A stretch of DNA of 63,394 nt, the filler included, from Lenisia limosa (taxonomy: Eukaryota > Protista > Breviatea), in assembly GCA_001655205.1 (NCBI GenBank). It is 12 parts of 12 records of this genome, joined end to end, with 100 filler letters (N's around TTAATTAATTAA, not from the genome) between each part and the next. Parts side by side here need not be neighbours in the genome. Positions count along the whole stretch, not along the records: positions 62,136 to 63,394 come from LPNZ01002226.1; 11 more parts are not named here. The stretch is one strand, 5' to 3'. The translations under genes and the position numbers were made by a program. Position 1 is the stretch's first letter. Each line of letters begins with the position of its first letter. Below are positions 62,510 to 63,394 of this stretch, one piece after another. The notes beneath the pieces are model-generated. The model worked only from the letters and a program-made list of their open reading frames with translations, was not told the DNA's origin and did not search any database.

Positions 62510-63394
62510 TTTTGGGTCCTTGTTTGATCAAGCAATTGCCCATTTACCGTGTAAATGGAGTCACACGATGCCCCTTGAAACTTCTGACCGACCAACTGGA
62601 CCTGAATGTGTCATCAATATCTTCTTGGAATAATTGGGTAACAAATTTCTGCATTATGCGGATCTGAAAGTGTCATGAATAATTATCTTGGTGTGTATTC
62701 CATTTTTGAATGTCCTGTTTTTGAAGAGACTCCCCCAAAAGCTCAGAGGATAAGCAGACAATTTTTTTATCTTTAGGGAGAAAAAATGTCCCCACAAAGT
62801 TAAACAAATAGTCGTTCTATATCAGTTACATAAACTCATAATCGTTATATTAGTTATATACTATCTATAAACCCATAGCGTGTTACTGTGTATAAACTCA
62901 CATTAGTTGTATTAACTCTTCTTTCCATCCCAACTCACGAAGTTGCCGAAAATCCAACTTGTGATTTCAAGGTCTTGTATCGCCTTCGTTATACTCTCCA
63001 AATACTACATGGTAAGCCTCACAACTAGAGCTTCACTTCGGTTCGAAAAAAACTGAATGTCTCGAAAAATCCTCGAAAACTACCGATATTTTCCCGAACC
63101 GAAGTAAAACCAACCCGCATTATCAATTTATCGCACAATTATTAGAAATTCTAATTGGACAACCAAATATATAGAGTGACTGTGAGAAGTCTTGACCAAT
63201 AGCAAATCGGTCACAACTTATCCCGGTCACTGTATATCAAGAAGAGTTGATGCTTTGGGAAAAGATGTACAAAAAGGTGACTTTGAACCATTATTTCAAA
63301 GCAGTTACCCCCCCCCCCAAATACTAGTAGGACTTTCGACTCGCAATCGGGCACTCCGCACGTCATAGCGTCAAGGACTGGGAATTCATGCAAA
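62510..63394 (-). CDS. Hypothetical protein fragment
   Basis: Exons LHEFPVLDAMTCGVPDCESKVLL and VQLVGQKFQGASCDSIYTVNGQLLDQ. Confidence 0.35.

Overview
This is eukaryotic draft-genome DNA, not one contiguous locus. It consists of 12 pieces joined by 11 artificial spacers (44 N + TTAATTAATTAA + 44 N where I counted), with many internal N gaps, often beside poly-G/C runs. Genes are intron-rich with GT-AG introns. Recognisable by hand translation: a channel-type CLC, CYFIP/Sra1 (WAVE complex), a Lys/Glu coiled-coil plus bromodomain protein, glucosidase I (MOGS), a full TRAF7-like RING-Zn-WD40 gene, a C9orf85/DUF2039 gene, a class I myosin with about 10 IQ motifs, and fragments of TRAPPC8, HYDIN, CFAP47, a Cys-rich surface protein, a U-box protein and a WD40 protein. 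This set suggests a flagellated protist able to form Arp2/3-type protrusions (inference). The ORF track misses the most interesting features. (1) An intact-looking 5S rRNA gene lies inside a CLC intron, just downstream of a perfect CAG|GTAAG donor unit. (2) Several short repeat modules (called B, C, D, F, G here) recur in introns of unrelated genes almost always in the host-gene sense orientation; B and C often supply the intron's branch point, pyrimidine tract and AG. (3) Two palindromic MITE families are also intronic. All assignments come from manual reading and recalled family motifs; no search was run. Exon boundaries are approximate.
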